Source: Haliotis cracherodii
Taxonomy: Eukaryota
Direction: 5' to 3'
Length of the DNA: 64,000 nt
NCBI RefSeq assembly: GCF_022045235.1
Contig: NW_027266267.1
Coordinates: 39,742,001-39,806,000 of the forward strand
The position numbers were made by a program, and so were the translations under genes. The notes under the pieces are model-generated. The model saw only the letters and a list, made by a program, of their open reading frames with translations. It had not been told where the DNA came from and made no database searches. Of the stretch, positions 12,941 through 25,885 are shown one piece after another; position 1 is the stretch's first letter; the number at the start of each line of letters is the position of its first letter.

Positions 12941-14706
12941 AGTGATCCGTGCAACTAAAACTGAGTTATGAAATAGAAGTCTAACATGCCAATTAAAAGA
13001 TAAAGTGTAAAAATGCGCTATTGCAGCTTCTGATTTCAGAGATCTTCAAGAAGGATTATCAATAATGGGATGGGTGATGAGTTCAACTGCATGCCGAGTC
13101 TATACGCTGTGATTAACACTAATGCTCTGAGTCAATACATTTTGTCAAATGTATGACATGTATAGCCAGTAGGAACATATTGTTTATACTCGTCCATGTT
13201 TTTGACGGACAATATAATGTACATGCTCGGTAATAGTGATGACGGGCATAATTGTGTGTTTCCGTGCTTTGTTCAGATGAACAGCTGACTTGTCCTTGCA
13301 TGTTGCATGTGTTTGTGACGGGTGCCACTTGTGTGGCATGATGCGCTCACCTTTTCGCGAACACCCGTTGGATAGCCTGAACCACTTCGGATTTTTATCG
13401 CACATCAGTCTGATACACCGTGCTATAACTGATATACTGTTCAAAGTGGTGTTTAATGCGATCACCGTTGTGTGTTACTGCAACTGTCTCAATTTTGTGT
13501 AGTGATGTTATGAAATATGCGAAAGAAAGCATATTCAGTTATCCAGTTGATTTGATTAGAATATACTTGCGTCAGTGTATTTTATTAACGCCCCAAACCG
13601 TAATGTTAAAACATATAATAACAGATCATATACATGCATGGTGCCTTGACTTACCACTAGCTAAACAGTTCATCTGTTTTAGTTTGTTTACAAGAAATGT
13701 ATTTCAAACAATATCCTCATGAGATGAGAAGGTCTGTTAAAGAATTACCTCTGTAAGTTAATCACAATGACAGAGCGTTGTAATACATTTACATCAAGTA
13801 CAAGACGTCAAAATGGCCGACACGACAAACGTGACGGGAGATATTTCCGAAGTTGTTAATTAACCTGTGGCTATTTCAAGCCTTTGTCATCACTGATCAA
13901 TTGGCCGATCATTGAAAGGTGATTGTAAAGATGTGTCAAATAGATACTAAGGTAAATTCATAGATTGCTGTAGATTTTCACTACGATAGTTTGGATTTTT
14001 TTCCCGTTTTTTTTCTGGGATGGGTTGTAGCGAGGGTATCCTTGAACTTGCATGCAACCAAAATCCCCGCCTTATCACAGAGTTAGCTAAGACGCTAAGT
14101 TCAAAATTAAAGGGTCTAAATGATGGGAAACAGCGCTTCTGTATTGATTCGTACCAGGGAATTCCCAGGGTTTTCCCCGGGAATGTGGAAGTAGTCAGTG
14201 TTTACGTCATTTCAAGAATACAGTCATGTGAAAAACCTCATGTGACCGACCTCTCGTCCAATGGAAAAGCCGTATATTGTGTAAACTTCACATTAAAAAT
14301 GAGTTTTTGTTATAACCAAATGAAACACAACCCATTATCCAATAGAGGTAACCGTGCATAGCGGAGGGATATGTTATGGTAACATGGTTTGGTTTGACTT
14401 CTTTGCGCGTGTCTGAATTCCATAAACATGTGACATATCCTAAAACTGGCTTATCAGCAAATCTCGCTGCACTGCGCTCGACAGATACTAGAGCAAGGCA
14501 TGCCAGTAATATGAAACCATCTGATTGGCCGTTAACAGTTGTACAAGGCGGAGCAAAAAGCATCGTTTTTCCGTCCATTTTACGTTTGAAAAACTCGACC
14601 CTTTTCCGGACACTTTCTAGACACTCACCAATTAATCAATTTTAATGAATTTTTAGTCGTTTTTCCGTCCAATGACCATATACGGAAAAAACGACGTTTT
14701 CGTGTC

Positions 14707-14868
14707 GGGTCGGTTAGCCTAGTGGTTAAAGCGTCGATCGTCACGCCGAAGACCCGGGTTCGATTCCCGACGTGGGTACAATGTGTGAATCCAATTGCTG
14801 GTGTCCCCCGCCGTGATATTGCTGGAATATTGCTAAAAGCGGCATAAACCATACTCACTCACTCACTC
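14707..14868 (+). mobile_element. tRNA-derived SINE family A
   Basis: A box tagcctagtgg, B box ggttcgattcc, 3' gctggaatattgctaaaagcggc and (ACTC)n tail; six copies in the window. Confidence 0.9.
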
Positions 14869-15829
14869 CAATTGAGTGGATCGATGCTTATGATGTCAAT
14901 CATGGGATTGTCGTGTCCTAAAGCAAAAGGCACTAATATAGAGTATTCCTGATGTGTAAACATAGATTCATTAGGACATGTTGATCGGTATGAGAGTTAT
15001 GCTCCAGAAACAAAATCCCATTTCCATATCCCCCGAAACAGTGAGGTTCACGCTGTAGGGTCATGTTTTGACCGTAGGACCCCATCGCGGCTCTCAGCTA
15101 GTAACGACGGCTGTTGCCCATGTAGTGCATAACGGCCAACACACTAATTCCTTCAACAAGCACTGAGAATCGGTAAAATAGAGGATAGGTAAGAAGCGTC
15201 CTCGGCTGCAGCTATTGAAACTGGCGGGTAATGCGGGTACAAAGGGGGAAAATAGAGTTACCACATTTAAAAATGCCAAACATTTAAAAATGCCCAAACA
15301 GTTAATGGCGGATTAGATGTTTCTGTAACAGGTCACTGTAAATTTGTGAGTACACATGAAAGTCACGTATCAAAACATCACTACTGAAACAGAAGTTGAG
15401 CAACACGTTGACGATCAAGCAACTCTTTTTTTCAAAGGCCGATCCTGTCAAACTTAGAGGTTGCCATGGAACTGGATATGTAAACGTTCGTGGAACATCA
15501 GACAATACCTAGTGCAAAAGCAGCAAATGACGGTGCTTATGCCCAGGATGGGAATGTGGGCAGTGACTGTGATGTAAGACAGATAAGGCAATCTGTGTTT
15601 ATCAAGATGAATATTTGCCCTGGACATACCCAGCTAACACACGACGTTGCCACAACGTTGTGGAAAGGTTGTGGATTGGTGACGTTACATTGTAACGTTA
15701 TTCCACAACGTAACAACAACATACAAGATGGCGGACGGTCACATACGCCCTGTTGTGAGCCGCGATACATTTTAGCCACAGCACCGTTCAAAAGAAGGTA
15801 ACAACGACTATTTTGTCATCAACACCGTG

Positions 15830-18800
15830 TGAACATCTTCTGGCATCATGGGTGTGGATATTTCGACGTGGGACGTGGGACATTTAAAAAGCCTGCTTCA
15901 CTGAAAGGTATTGTTGTTGATGAATATGACCCCACGTCGCGCTGGTCATGGATGAATGACATGATGTTTCGAATTTCGTGTATGGGAATTTACTGGCGAT
16001 TTTTACAGCTGGCGTTTTGTGTGTACATGCAGTTGGTAATGAGATTGAACATGGCAATGCTACTTTATTTTGTGCCAAAAAACTCAACTTGTTCGTACTG
16101 TACACCCCTTTTGACAGTGTTGACATTTTCTGCCCCTTATACCGCCACTCATCGAGTACAATAAATGGTGATCTGTCACCTTCAGTCTGCCTGGCAATAA
16201 ATACTGTCTTGAGAAGACTACTTCTCATTGCTGGTGATATTGAGAAGCAACCAGGCCCGACGGTGGAGGAACAAATAACGGGTTTGAAGGATGCACTGTT
16301 CAACAAAACAAAATGGAGGAAAACAAGAAATAAATATGTGCAATATTGAGTGAAGTTCGTACACAGATGATAGCCATTGAAAAGAAATACTATTCACTGG
16401 AGGTGATGTGTGAAGACATAAATAGCCAAGTGTCTGAATCCCTGCGATTTTTAACAGAAGTTCGTGAAGACAATAAGCAAATATATTCTGATTTGGAACC
16501 CCTTACAGCACGTTACAACGAGATAGAAGACAGACTGCAAAGTACAAAAGAGGAGATTTCCGAAATGCACGTGATGGACGAGCGTCTCAACATCGTCATG
16601 GAGGCCGTTTATAGGCTAGAGGCATATAGTAGGCGGGACAATGTCATCAAATATGGCATGTCAGAGGTCACGGATGAAACAGCTGAAGATTGTAAACAAA
16701 GTGTATTGGAACTATTGGACTCTGTTAATAGGGATGAACCGATACTTGCAACTGATATTGTCCGATTACACCGTCTCGGGGTACGAGTAAGTGGTAAACC
16801 ACGACCAGTAACTGTCCGATTTGTCAGTAATGATATTAAAATTAAAGTTCTAAAGATGCGAGGTGACTTAAAAACGTCTAATATCGGGCGTGCAAATGAT
16901 CTGACAAGAAACCAACGTGACAAATGGAAACGTTTGCGAGAGGAAAACAAGCGCGGATACTATAATGGAGGTAGTTCCCAGTCCACACAACCGATTCCAC
17001 CAACAAAACTCCAAATCAGACTAGGGGTAGAGGTTCAGGGCGCAGGGGCCCAGGATCCATAGGTAAAAGAATCAACACAGACACTAACCAGCGGTCCCTA
17101 CGATCGAATTCTAAAGGAAGAACTGGGAAATAGCGGCGTGGCCAGGGCCCCGAGTGTAGTGATAGACAATACAAAATGTCATTCCTTTCATGGAATGTGG
17201 ACGGACTTGAAAATAAAAAACGTGATGATGATTTTTTATCCTTTGTTACCAGTTTTGACATTATAGCTTTGTTTGAAACATGGACTACAGAATAAGACTT
17301 CAGTGCTATATTTTCTGATTTTCAGTTATATAGTGTGCCTGCAACCAGACTTTCTAAACATGGGCGTTTATCAGGTGGAATTATCGTTTTAGTAAGAAAT
17401 TCTTTGACTGATTTTGTCATTAATATTGTTACTTTTGAGCATAGCATATGCATTGTTTTCTCAAAAGAAATGCTAAATTTGACTGATAATATCCTGTATG
17501 TCTTTTCATATGTACATCCTGAACGTTCCAGCTGGTATGAAAATAAGGAAAACAAGAATGGTATTGAATTACTTCAAAATGATATTTTTGAAACAGTTTC
17601 GGCAATATCCAAATATTCCTATTGTTTTGATTGGAGACCTTAATGCAAGAACAGGCGAAAAAGTAGATTATTCCTTGATAATAATGGGTGTTACTCAGAT
17701 TATTTTCCAAGCTTCTGCAAACAAAGATATTCCTGCGATAAAGTAGTCAACATGTATGGAATTAGTATTAGTATTAGACATTCACACAATGAATGGTAGA
17801 CTAGGTGCGGATAACCAAATAGGAGAGTACACTTATGTCAGCCCTAATGGTTGTAGTACCATAGATTATGTTGTATGCTCATCTAACTTCTTTTATCATA
17901 TATGTAATTTTGAGGTTGTGCCTCGATGTGACTCACTACATCTACCTGTAACTATGACAACGCCTGTGGTAAAATGCTCCGCGGAAACGCAATCAACAGA
18001 CCGTCGTGTTCGATACACCTCGGTGGATAACAAGCAGGAACAGTTCATACATCATATGGAATCGCCCGAAATTGCAACGAATCTGAAAAAAGCGAGCTTA
18101 GAAGCTCTTTCTGACATAGACAAGAGTGTATCAACGTTTACAGAGGGAATTCTTTCAGCAGTATTGTATGTTTAAAAAAACGTGGAATAATGATAGCAAT
18201 CATCAACATATATGTAAAACAAGAAACCCGTGGCATAATGACGACTGTATGTTAATGAAACACGAACGCTGTCGTGCACTTAACAAATTTAGAAAAAATA
18301 AAGACAATGAACACTTGCTGAACTACCATCAAATTAGGAATGAATATATGACTATTTGTAGGAAAAAACAAGGGGATTACATGACCAGTAAACGTACCAC
18401 ACTGGAGCAAACTACTGATTCAAAGTCATTCTGGAAGAACATCAAGGACTTGCAGAATACAAAAAGTAACTATAATCCCATAGATTCAAAAGAATGGATG
18501 GAATACTTTGAACATTAATTTAATCAATCTACCATTGAAGAAGATAGTGATTTCTTAAACAACGATGCTGAACCACTAGTAATAGAAAGCGAGGAAATCT
18601 CCCACGACATCATGGATGGACCAAACACAAAAGATGAAATTATTGACAGTATTAATTCTTTCAAAAACTCTAAATCACCTGGTATGGACAATATTCTCCC
18701 AGAATACCTGAAGTTTGCACTAGCTAACATTGTCCCTCATGTTGAGATAATTTTCAAATGTATCTTTGATCATGGTGTTTTTCCCAAAGATTGGGATACA

Positions 18801-19960
18801 GGTGTTATTATCCCATTACATAAAAAAGGCTCAAGATTAATCTGAGATAACTATAGAGCTATTAGTTTATTGAGTATTTTGTCTAAAGTGTTCACAAGTA
18901 TATTAAATAATAGATTATCTTTTGGGGCAGATATGTATGACAAAATATCAGAATGTCAATCTGGCTTTAGACGAGGACACTCGCGATCGACAATTGACAA
19001 TCTATTTATTTTAAATGCTATTATTCAAACATATTTAGGTATGTCTGGTCGTAAGTTATATGTAGCCTTTATAAGACTTCTCAAAGGCGTTTGACTCTGT
19101 TCGTGGTTCTTATTTGTGGAAAGTATTTGGAAAGCACGGTGTCAGTACGAAGATGTCCAAAATGTTAAAGTCAATTTATGGCAATGCCAAGGCATGTGTC
19201 AGAAGTAACAACCTGTTGTCAAACCAATTTCAATGTAATTTAGTTGAAAGACAAGGTTGCGTTTTAAGCCCCTTCTTATTTCAATTATTCATAAATGAAA
19301 TTGTATACACAATTGAACAGGAGCAGCTATACAGAGTACAGATACACCCGGATATTATACAAGTTTTATTATTGGTCTTTGCAGATGATTTGATTTTAAT
19401 TTCAGACACAATTGGGGGACTACAGAAGGAACTCTCTATCTTAGATAAATATCGTGTGGACTGGAGTATGTCAGTTAACATTGAAAAAACTAAAGTTTTT
19501 CAGAAAGGTGGGCGGCTGAAAAAAAGTGAAAAATGGTATCTAAATGGACAACTTGCGGAAGTCACACAAGGGTATAAATATTTAGGTTTGTATTTTAACA
19601 GCAGGCTTTCATGGACACACGCTTTAAGCAACATAGCAGTTCAAGCTAAAATGGTACTAATCAACTTATTAAAAAACATTAATTGTTTACAACCTTATTC
19701 TCCTAAATTTCTTTTCAGATTGTTTGACTCCAAGATATCACCTATGCTACTGTATGGGTCAGAAATACGGGCATTCTATAAAATGGAAGAAGTTGAGATT
19801 TATATGCGTGTTAATGGTTATTCAATGTTAAACAATGCACATCAAGTAGCGCCATGTTGGGTAAATGTGGCAGATTCCCTTTACATATCAATGCAATGAT
19901 GAGAGCTTTTAAATACTGGCAACGTTTAATATGTATGCCGGGTACCCATTCTTTTATGTA
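15830..19960 (+). mobile_element. Near full-length RTEX-like LINE (ORF1, APE, RT), frameshifted, nested in the EnSpm element
   Basis: ORF1 coiled coil plus RLEAYSRRDN / HRLG / PRPVTVRF; APE SWNVDGL, FETW, GDLNAR, STIDY; RT KSPGMD, IIPLHKKG, QSGFR, LVFADD, YKYLG, LLYGSE; boundaries approximate. Confidence 0.9.
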
Positions 19961-22246
19961 CAAACAACACAAAGCTGATTATTAATATCGCTAAATATCT
20001 GTATCACAGTAAAGGAGAGAGAACACGTATTTTGTCATTGTGACTGTTGCCATAAATATGCCACACATTTTGTGTGTGGCCTGTACTGTACTGAATAAAG
20101 ATCTGAACAACGTTGCAAATAAAAGTTGTGCTTTGGACATTACAACACTTTTTTTGCAAATGATGTTTAGGCAACCACTTGTAGATCTACCATATCTTAG
20201 TGTTATTTTTTTTAAACATATATATCTATTAACGAAGTTATCTGTCTACTAAATGTTGTCACAAGCAATATTACAGTTAAAAACAATTGGCTCGCATTTT
20301 TTGAGGAGTGAGAGCGACTGCTGAAAAGTTTAGCCTGTTGCCTCGTGAAGTGACGTGGTATGACGTCACATTGTCGCGGAAGATTTGTTGTCACCAGCCA
20401 TCTTAGTTCAAGCTCACTCTGGACATGTTACAACCAAGTGATTGTGCAGCAACTGGAAATGGACAGATGATCTGTGAATTCGGAGGAGGTAAGTTAATTT
20501 TTCAAAAGCAGTCTCCGCTTGTTGATATGTTTATGTACATGCAGATCGTCAAATGATTTAAATGTATCGTATTATTCAGAAGTGGCAGGGTTACTTTCAC
20601 TGAGCGTCAGTGTTGATATTAATATTTGATACACAGAACATGATGTATATAGAGGTGAAGGAGGCCCAAGACATTCTCCCATATTATTTTATGGATACCA
20701 AAGGTAATTAACAAGGGCAAGCAGTAGACTATATGTTTGACACGAATTCAGTCTGGCGGCGTTTTTTGGTCGTCATATTATGTTCAGGTTTCGATCGTAA
20801 GCGTGTAGGTCTGTAAATAGGCCTAACGTATGCATCGCCTACTGACCACTGACAGTTATCGCCATTTCTTCCGTGTTATTTCTGAAATCATTACTATTCA
20901 AAGTTTACATGTACTAATCTTCTGACTTTGATTTTTGTGAAACAATGTCGCTCATTCAGGCCATGGGAAAGGTTGAGTAGATTTCTCTTATACAGCGAAG
21001 AGGGAATCAAACCAATGGAAGTATTTTCAGATCGACTCTCTGTAGGCTGCTAGTCTAATGCGCTTAATGATTTTATGAAAAATTGTATTTCGGGAAGAGA
21101 CAGAAACAAACATTGTTTCCGAAAAGGCCTAATTAGCACAGACTGAAGTTGCCTAAATGTGGATCATCTGGTTGTTGGTGCTGTCTACAAAGTTTATTTT
21201 TGCAAAGGCGCTTATCATGTGTATTTTTATTATTTCCAAAAAAAGAATCAACTAATCATTTTCCGATAACTAGATCTATGTCCGACTCCCTTCTAATGAA
21301 AACGAGAAAAAGTAAAACGAGTCTCTCGTCGCGCGCCATAACGGGGTGTTTGCGGTATTGTCCTTGCTGGTGTTGATAAGCTAGTCGATAGTCAAAAGTT
21401 AAATATCACCATATATTGTCAGTGAGTTGGTCATCGTTTGTTGATTATTAAGGTGAGATAGGTGTAACCAATGTGCAAATACATTTGATAGCAACCATAT
21501 TCGTTCGGTTTTCGATCTCCATATGTTGCCACGTAGGCTACCATACTACAGAATTATATTTAACGACATTGAACTGTATCATGTTTATAAACGTAGTAAC
21601 AAATAAATTTCCATAAATATTTACAGAGCTGTTTCAACTTCGTCTGGTATTGTATAAGCTATTGCATTTTGTTAATTTTCCCATGTTTCTATCTTTGTAA
21701 ATGTTAGAACATATATAAATATCCTGGCATATTAATATGGAAAATATTAAGGTTAGTATTAAAAAAATAATCACAATTTTAATTAGGATAAATAATTAAC
21801 ACTTATATCACTTATTGGTGGGTCAATTCATAATTCATTTTCAAATATGGGAACTATTTATTTTATTTGGCAGTATATATTTTTCATTTATGTATATATT
21901 TGTTCAAATAAGGTTTTAGAAACTTGACCAACATATTCACTTGAATCACTAGTTTGTGATGTACAACAGAAAGGTAAAGTTGAATAACTACAGTTGATCT
22001 ATAAATAAAACTATTTGCCAACATTAACACCACTTACATCACACTGTTAGTAAATGGGATTTATCTATACAGTACTGGTTTATTTAAGAATGTGATACTT
22101 TGTGGTTTCTGTTTTTCTTTCAGGTGGAGAAAACAGTATTGTGGAAGCATATTTGTTTAAAGTACATCACTGACAGAAAGGTATGTATGATGCACTAATA
22201 TACACAAACATCTTCAAGAATTAAAATTTAGATGATGCTTATTTAA

Positions 22247-22820
22247 TTATATCTACCCACAATCTAAAAGGGCGGGGGTATAAAGTTACACCAATGATAT
22301 CCGTCCGTCCTTCCGTTCTTCTGAGGACGTTTTTTGTGTGAGTGCAGTTCAAAGTTTGATTTCCATCTGTGTATTTTCTGAAAAAAATATTCTTTACATG
22401 TTTTTAACTTCAAATGTTCTTTTTTATCTCAACATTTGTGCGACCTTTACCTTGGACAGTATTTCATAGATGTTTTTTTTTCCAATTGGAGACACAGTTT
22501 CGATACCCATAAGAGAGGGGCATTGCAAAGTTTGATTTCGATTAGTGTATTTTCTGAGAAACTATAGCTTTTTTTCATGTTTTGAACTTAGAATATTGCT
22601 TTAATTCAACATTTGTGCGACCTATAACTTGAGACTACTGCATGGATTCTTTCAAATTTAAAGAACCCTTTTTATGCTAATAGAAGAGGTACAGTGCAAA
22701 GTTGGATTTTTATAAGTGGATTTTCTGAGAAAATATTGCCTTTTTTTATGTTTTGAACTTACAAATATGATGGAGTCGAGGTTGGGGTATTAATGAGCTG
22801 TGCTCACCTTTTGCCTTGCT
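22247..22820 (+). mobile_element. Helentron/DINE-1-like non-autonomous element (HINE) with internal ~175-bp tandem repeats
   Basis: 5' gcgggggtata and ccgtccgtcc microsatellite; three units starting caaagtt at 22350, 22526 and 22697; 3' ggggtatt plus hairpin tgagc-tgt-gctca. Confidence 0.7.
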
Positions 22821-24804
22821 CAATTCAGAGCTTAAAGCTTTTCTGCCTAGGTATGATCCAAGAGCATCATGGTATTACTGTCAGCGCCTTCTTCGCACTT
22901 TCAGGAGTTTTTAACAGTTTAAAGACTAACATCAGACATCAAAATATTATTTAGGGGAATGCAACTATTACTTTGTTGTCTTGCCATTTTATAACATTTG
23001 CGTCATTTTTAATTCAGTTACCAAGGAACTATGGAAACAGTTGAAGATCATGTCTGTGACCTTTCATTTGAGGACTGAAAAGGCACCTCAGCCACTCAAC
23101 CCAAGTTCTGACTTGTCATTTAACAAATAAATAAATGTCACCTCAACCAGAATTCTATTGTCATTTCGTTGCTGGGAAATGGATCTTAGGACATCAGATG
23201 CATAGAATATTATGTTTGTCACAGCGTTGCTCTCAATGCTGAATGTATTGGGTACGGCCAAGAAAATGTAAATGTTTCAATTTGTGCAGGGCTTATTGTT
23301 TAATGGTTTTTAATTTGCAAATTCTTGGGAAAATCAAATATCTTTTAATTGTGTTGATACATTTGTGAACAATTTGCCCATAGCCTTGAAAATTGTTTTG
23401 GAAAATAATATTATATAACCAAATTGTACATGTAATTTAAAATATTTAGATTTTTATCTTGGCCGTATTTCGAACTCTGCCAAAAGGCAGTGGATTTCAT
23501 TGACTTGCTGTTTCATGGATAGGGTTAAAGTGAATTCAGTTTGCAGAATGTATTGCTAGGTACCTGATGTCTTAACTAGATTGGTACAAACTTTTCAGGC
23601 TGCCTGGGAGGTATTTAGGAATAAAACAGGCGTTAATCTACATGGACATTGCAACAACGTGCTGCAATGGCTGTAGTGTCGCCATATGTATGCGATACCT
23701 ACGTTGTCGCGACGTTTTGGTTAAACGTTGTAGCAACGCAAAAAATGGACGTTGTGACAACGTCTTGATTTGGTTGTATTTTGGTTTACGAACAACGTTG
23801 TAGCAACCAATCTGGGAGTCTACAGATATACTTTGTGACAACACACCATTTTAACAACGAAAAGTCAACGTTGTGCTGGGCTCGAACTTTGCTATGGAGA
23901 TTACATATGTTTAGAGTCACAGCTACAAAAGCACATATATGATTTTATTTAACTCTATGAGCCTGAAGATAAGCACCTTGCAACTAGATCTATGTTATTT
24001 TTTTATGGCAGGCATGTTTTTTCACCAGTCTGAACCGTAATTATTTTTGTCAAGAATTTTCGGTGACAATATATTTTTTCGATAAAATTCCAGAACCCGA
24101 CCCTCCCCAGAAAATATAATATGGTCAACCCCTTACAATGTCTGCCATTCTTATTGTGTTTCCTGCAGTACTTGCCTAAAGGGTAATGGTGTCTGACTTT
24201 GTTATTGTCATACAAATGTATGTATCTAGTTAACAGCTCAGTGGTGTTTATACATATTGAACATTGTCAGCAAAACACGATCTAACTGTTAACTGGGGTA
24301 TTCGACGCCCTGGTTTTAAAACATTGGTAAAAGGTTTCTCGAATCATACACATTCACGTGACTAAAGCATATTCTAAAACATTTCTGGAACATGTTTTTG
24401 GGATGTCTTTACATTTTAATTGGGAATGGTCACGACGTATTTCATCCTTGTAACACAACGTTATTTCACGTCGTTATGACAACGTCCATGATAGTACACA
24501 GAATAACGATGTAAGGACGCGTTATTATAACATTGCCACAACGTAAATTACAACATTACCACAACGTCAAATACTACGTTCCCACATCGTAAAAATACAA
24601 CGTTCCCACAACGTAAAAAACAACGTCATCACAACGTTGTGACGACGTGAATATGACGTAACACAACGTTAGGCCATGACGTTGTGACAACATAAATGGG
24701 ACTCCACAGAATAACGTTGTATGGACGTAACATCCCCATCGTTACCACAACGTTAACACAACGTTATCACGACGTTGTCACAACGTGACATTGTTAGCTG
24801 GGTA

Positions 24805-25560
24805 TACAATATTATTACTGGTGTACTTATGTAATCTTAAAAAAAATATTAACAAAAACGTAACTGTATATTTTCAATAATTATACAGTTTGTTGTACCA
24901 CATATTTCTCTCCCATAACACATGATTGGGGTTATCATGGAATAAAAAAAAAAAGATAAACATATATGGATAGGGGATAAAGACAAACTGCTTCTGATAA
25001 TAATCAAGGACAAAAATGCTTTCCTGGCTTGTGGTGCTAAACAAACCTGTCCTTTAGACAATGACAGCTTTGGTGAGAAGATTATTCCAAGATATCTGTA
25101 CATATTCACCACCTAAATCTGATGTCCATTAAAGAGTAACTTTTCAAACTGGCAAATCGGGCCACCCTTCCGAAAGTCAATTATTTTAGCCTTATTGATG
25201 GTAACTTTCAGTCCAGGTTTATCACTGAACTGTTCAAGAATAGTTATTTTCTTTTTGTATTGTAGTGTCAGATGCAGCAGATAAGTCATCTTTAAATAGC
25301 AGTGCAAACACACCTGGAGTATCAGTGGATATAGATATGCACCTCCCACTATCGGATTCCATCGTTGATGCTGGTTGATTAATAAATAAGATGATAATTT
25401 GTGGACTCGGGATACACCCCTGACGAGTACCCAGTGTACACTTAAAATATTCTGACCGGCCACTCTAAGTCCTTACACAATCACATATCTTAGGGAACAT
25501 GTGATTATATGAATAATAAGCCTAAACAATTACCCTTGATTCCAAATTGTAACACATTTT
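24805..25560 (-). mobile_element. RTEX-like LINE RT fragment
   Basis: YRYLGIIF, PIMCYGREI, KIIDFRKGG in ORFs 24849-25112 and 25113-25463. Confidence 0.75.
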
Positions 25561-25584
25561 GAAACAAAACCTCATGTTTTATAT

Positions 25585-25885
25585 GGGGCGGTGGGGTAAT
25601 CTAGTGTCTGAAGCGTTCTCTCCTCACGTCAAAGAAGCGAGTTCGATTTCCCTCATGGTTACATGCATGAAGCCCATTTCTGCAGTCCCCCGCCGTGATA
25701 TTTCTAGAATATTGCTCAAAGTGGCGTAAGGCCTCACTCACTCACTCAGACTTGCTGACTTGGTGAAAACATCCCCTTAGGCTAGATTGATACTGGATTT
25801 TCTGGTCCAGACTCGACTATTTTCAGACCCCCGTCATATAGCTGGAATATTGCTGAGTGCGGCGTAAAAGAACAAGCAAACAAAA
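25585..25885 (+). mobile_element. SINE family A copy (25585-25748) abutting the 3' half of a family B copy
   Basis: Similarity to the other copies of both families. Confidence 0.8.

Larger units (their letters stand above)
4032..14691. mobile_element. Segment bounded by ~35-bp inverted repeats (putative large non-autonomous DNA element, or two opposed ends)
   Basis: ttttttccgtatatggtcattggacggaaaaacga (4032-4066) is the reverse complement of about 14658-14691; extra copies of the core at 4091-4106 and about 14563-14577; no TSD seen. Confidence 0.5.
15629..24802. mobile_element. EnSpm/CACTA(CMC)-type non-autonomous DNA transposon, 9.2 kb, with nested insertions
   Basis: TIR cccagctaaca (15629) / tgttagctggg (24802); 2-bp TA TSD at 15627-15628 and 24803-24804; dense subterminal ACAACGT(T) repeats at about 15640-15720, 23640-23880 and 24450-24790. 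Confidence 0.8.

Noticed and set aside
14707-14780. tRNA-like sequences
   Set aside because: They are SINE heads that continue into SINE body and tail; not tRNA genes
23640-24790. CRISPR-like repeated ACAACGTT motifs
   Set aside because: Short, irregularly spaced and in both orientations; explained as transposon subterminal repeats in eukaryotic DNA
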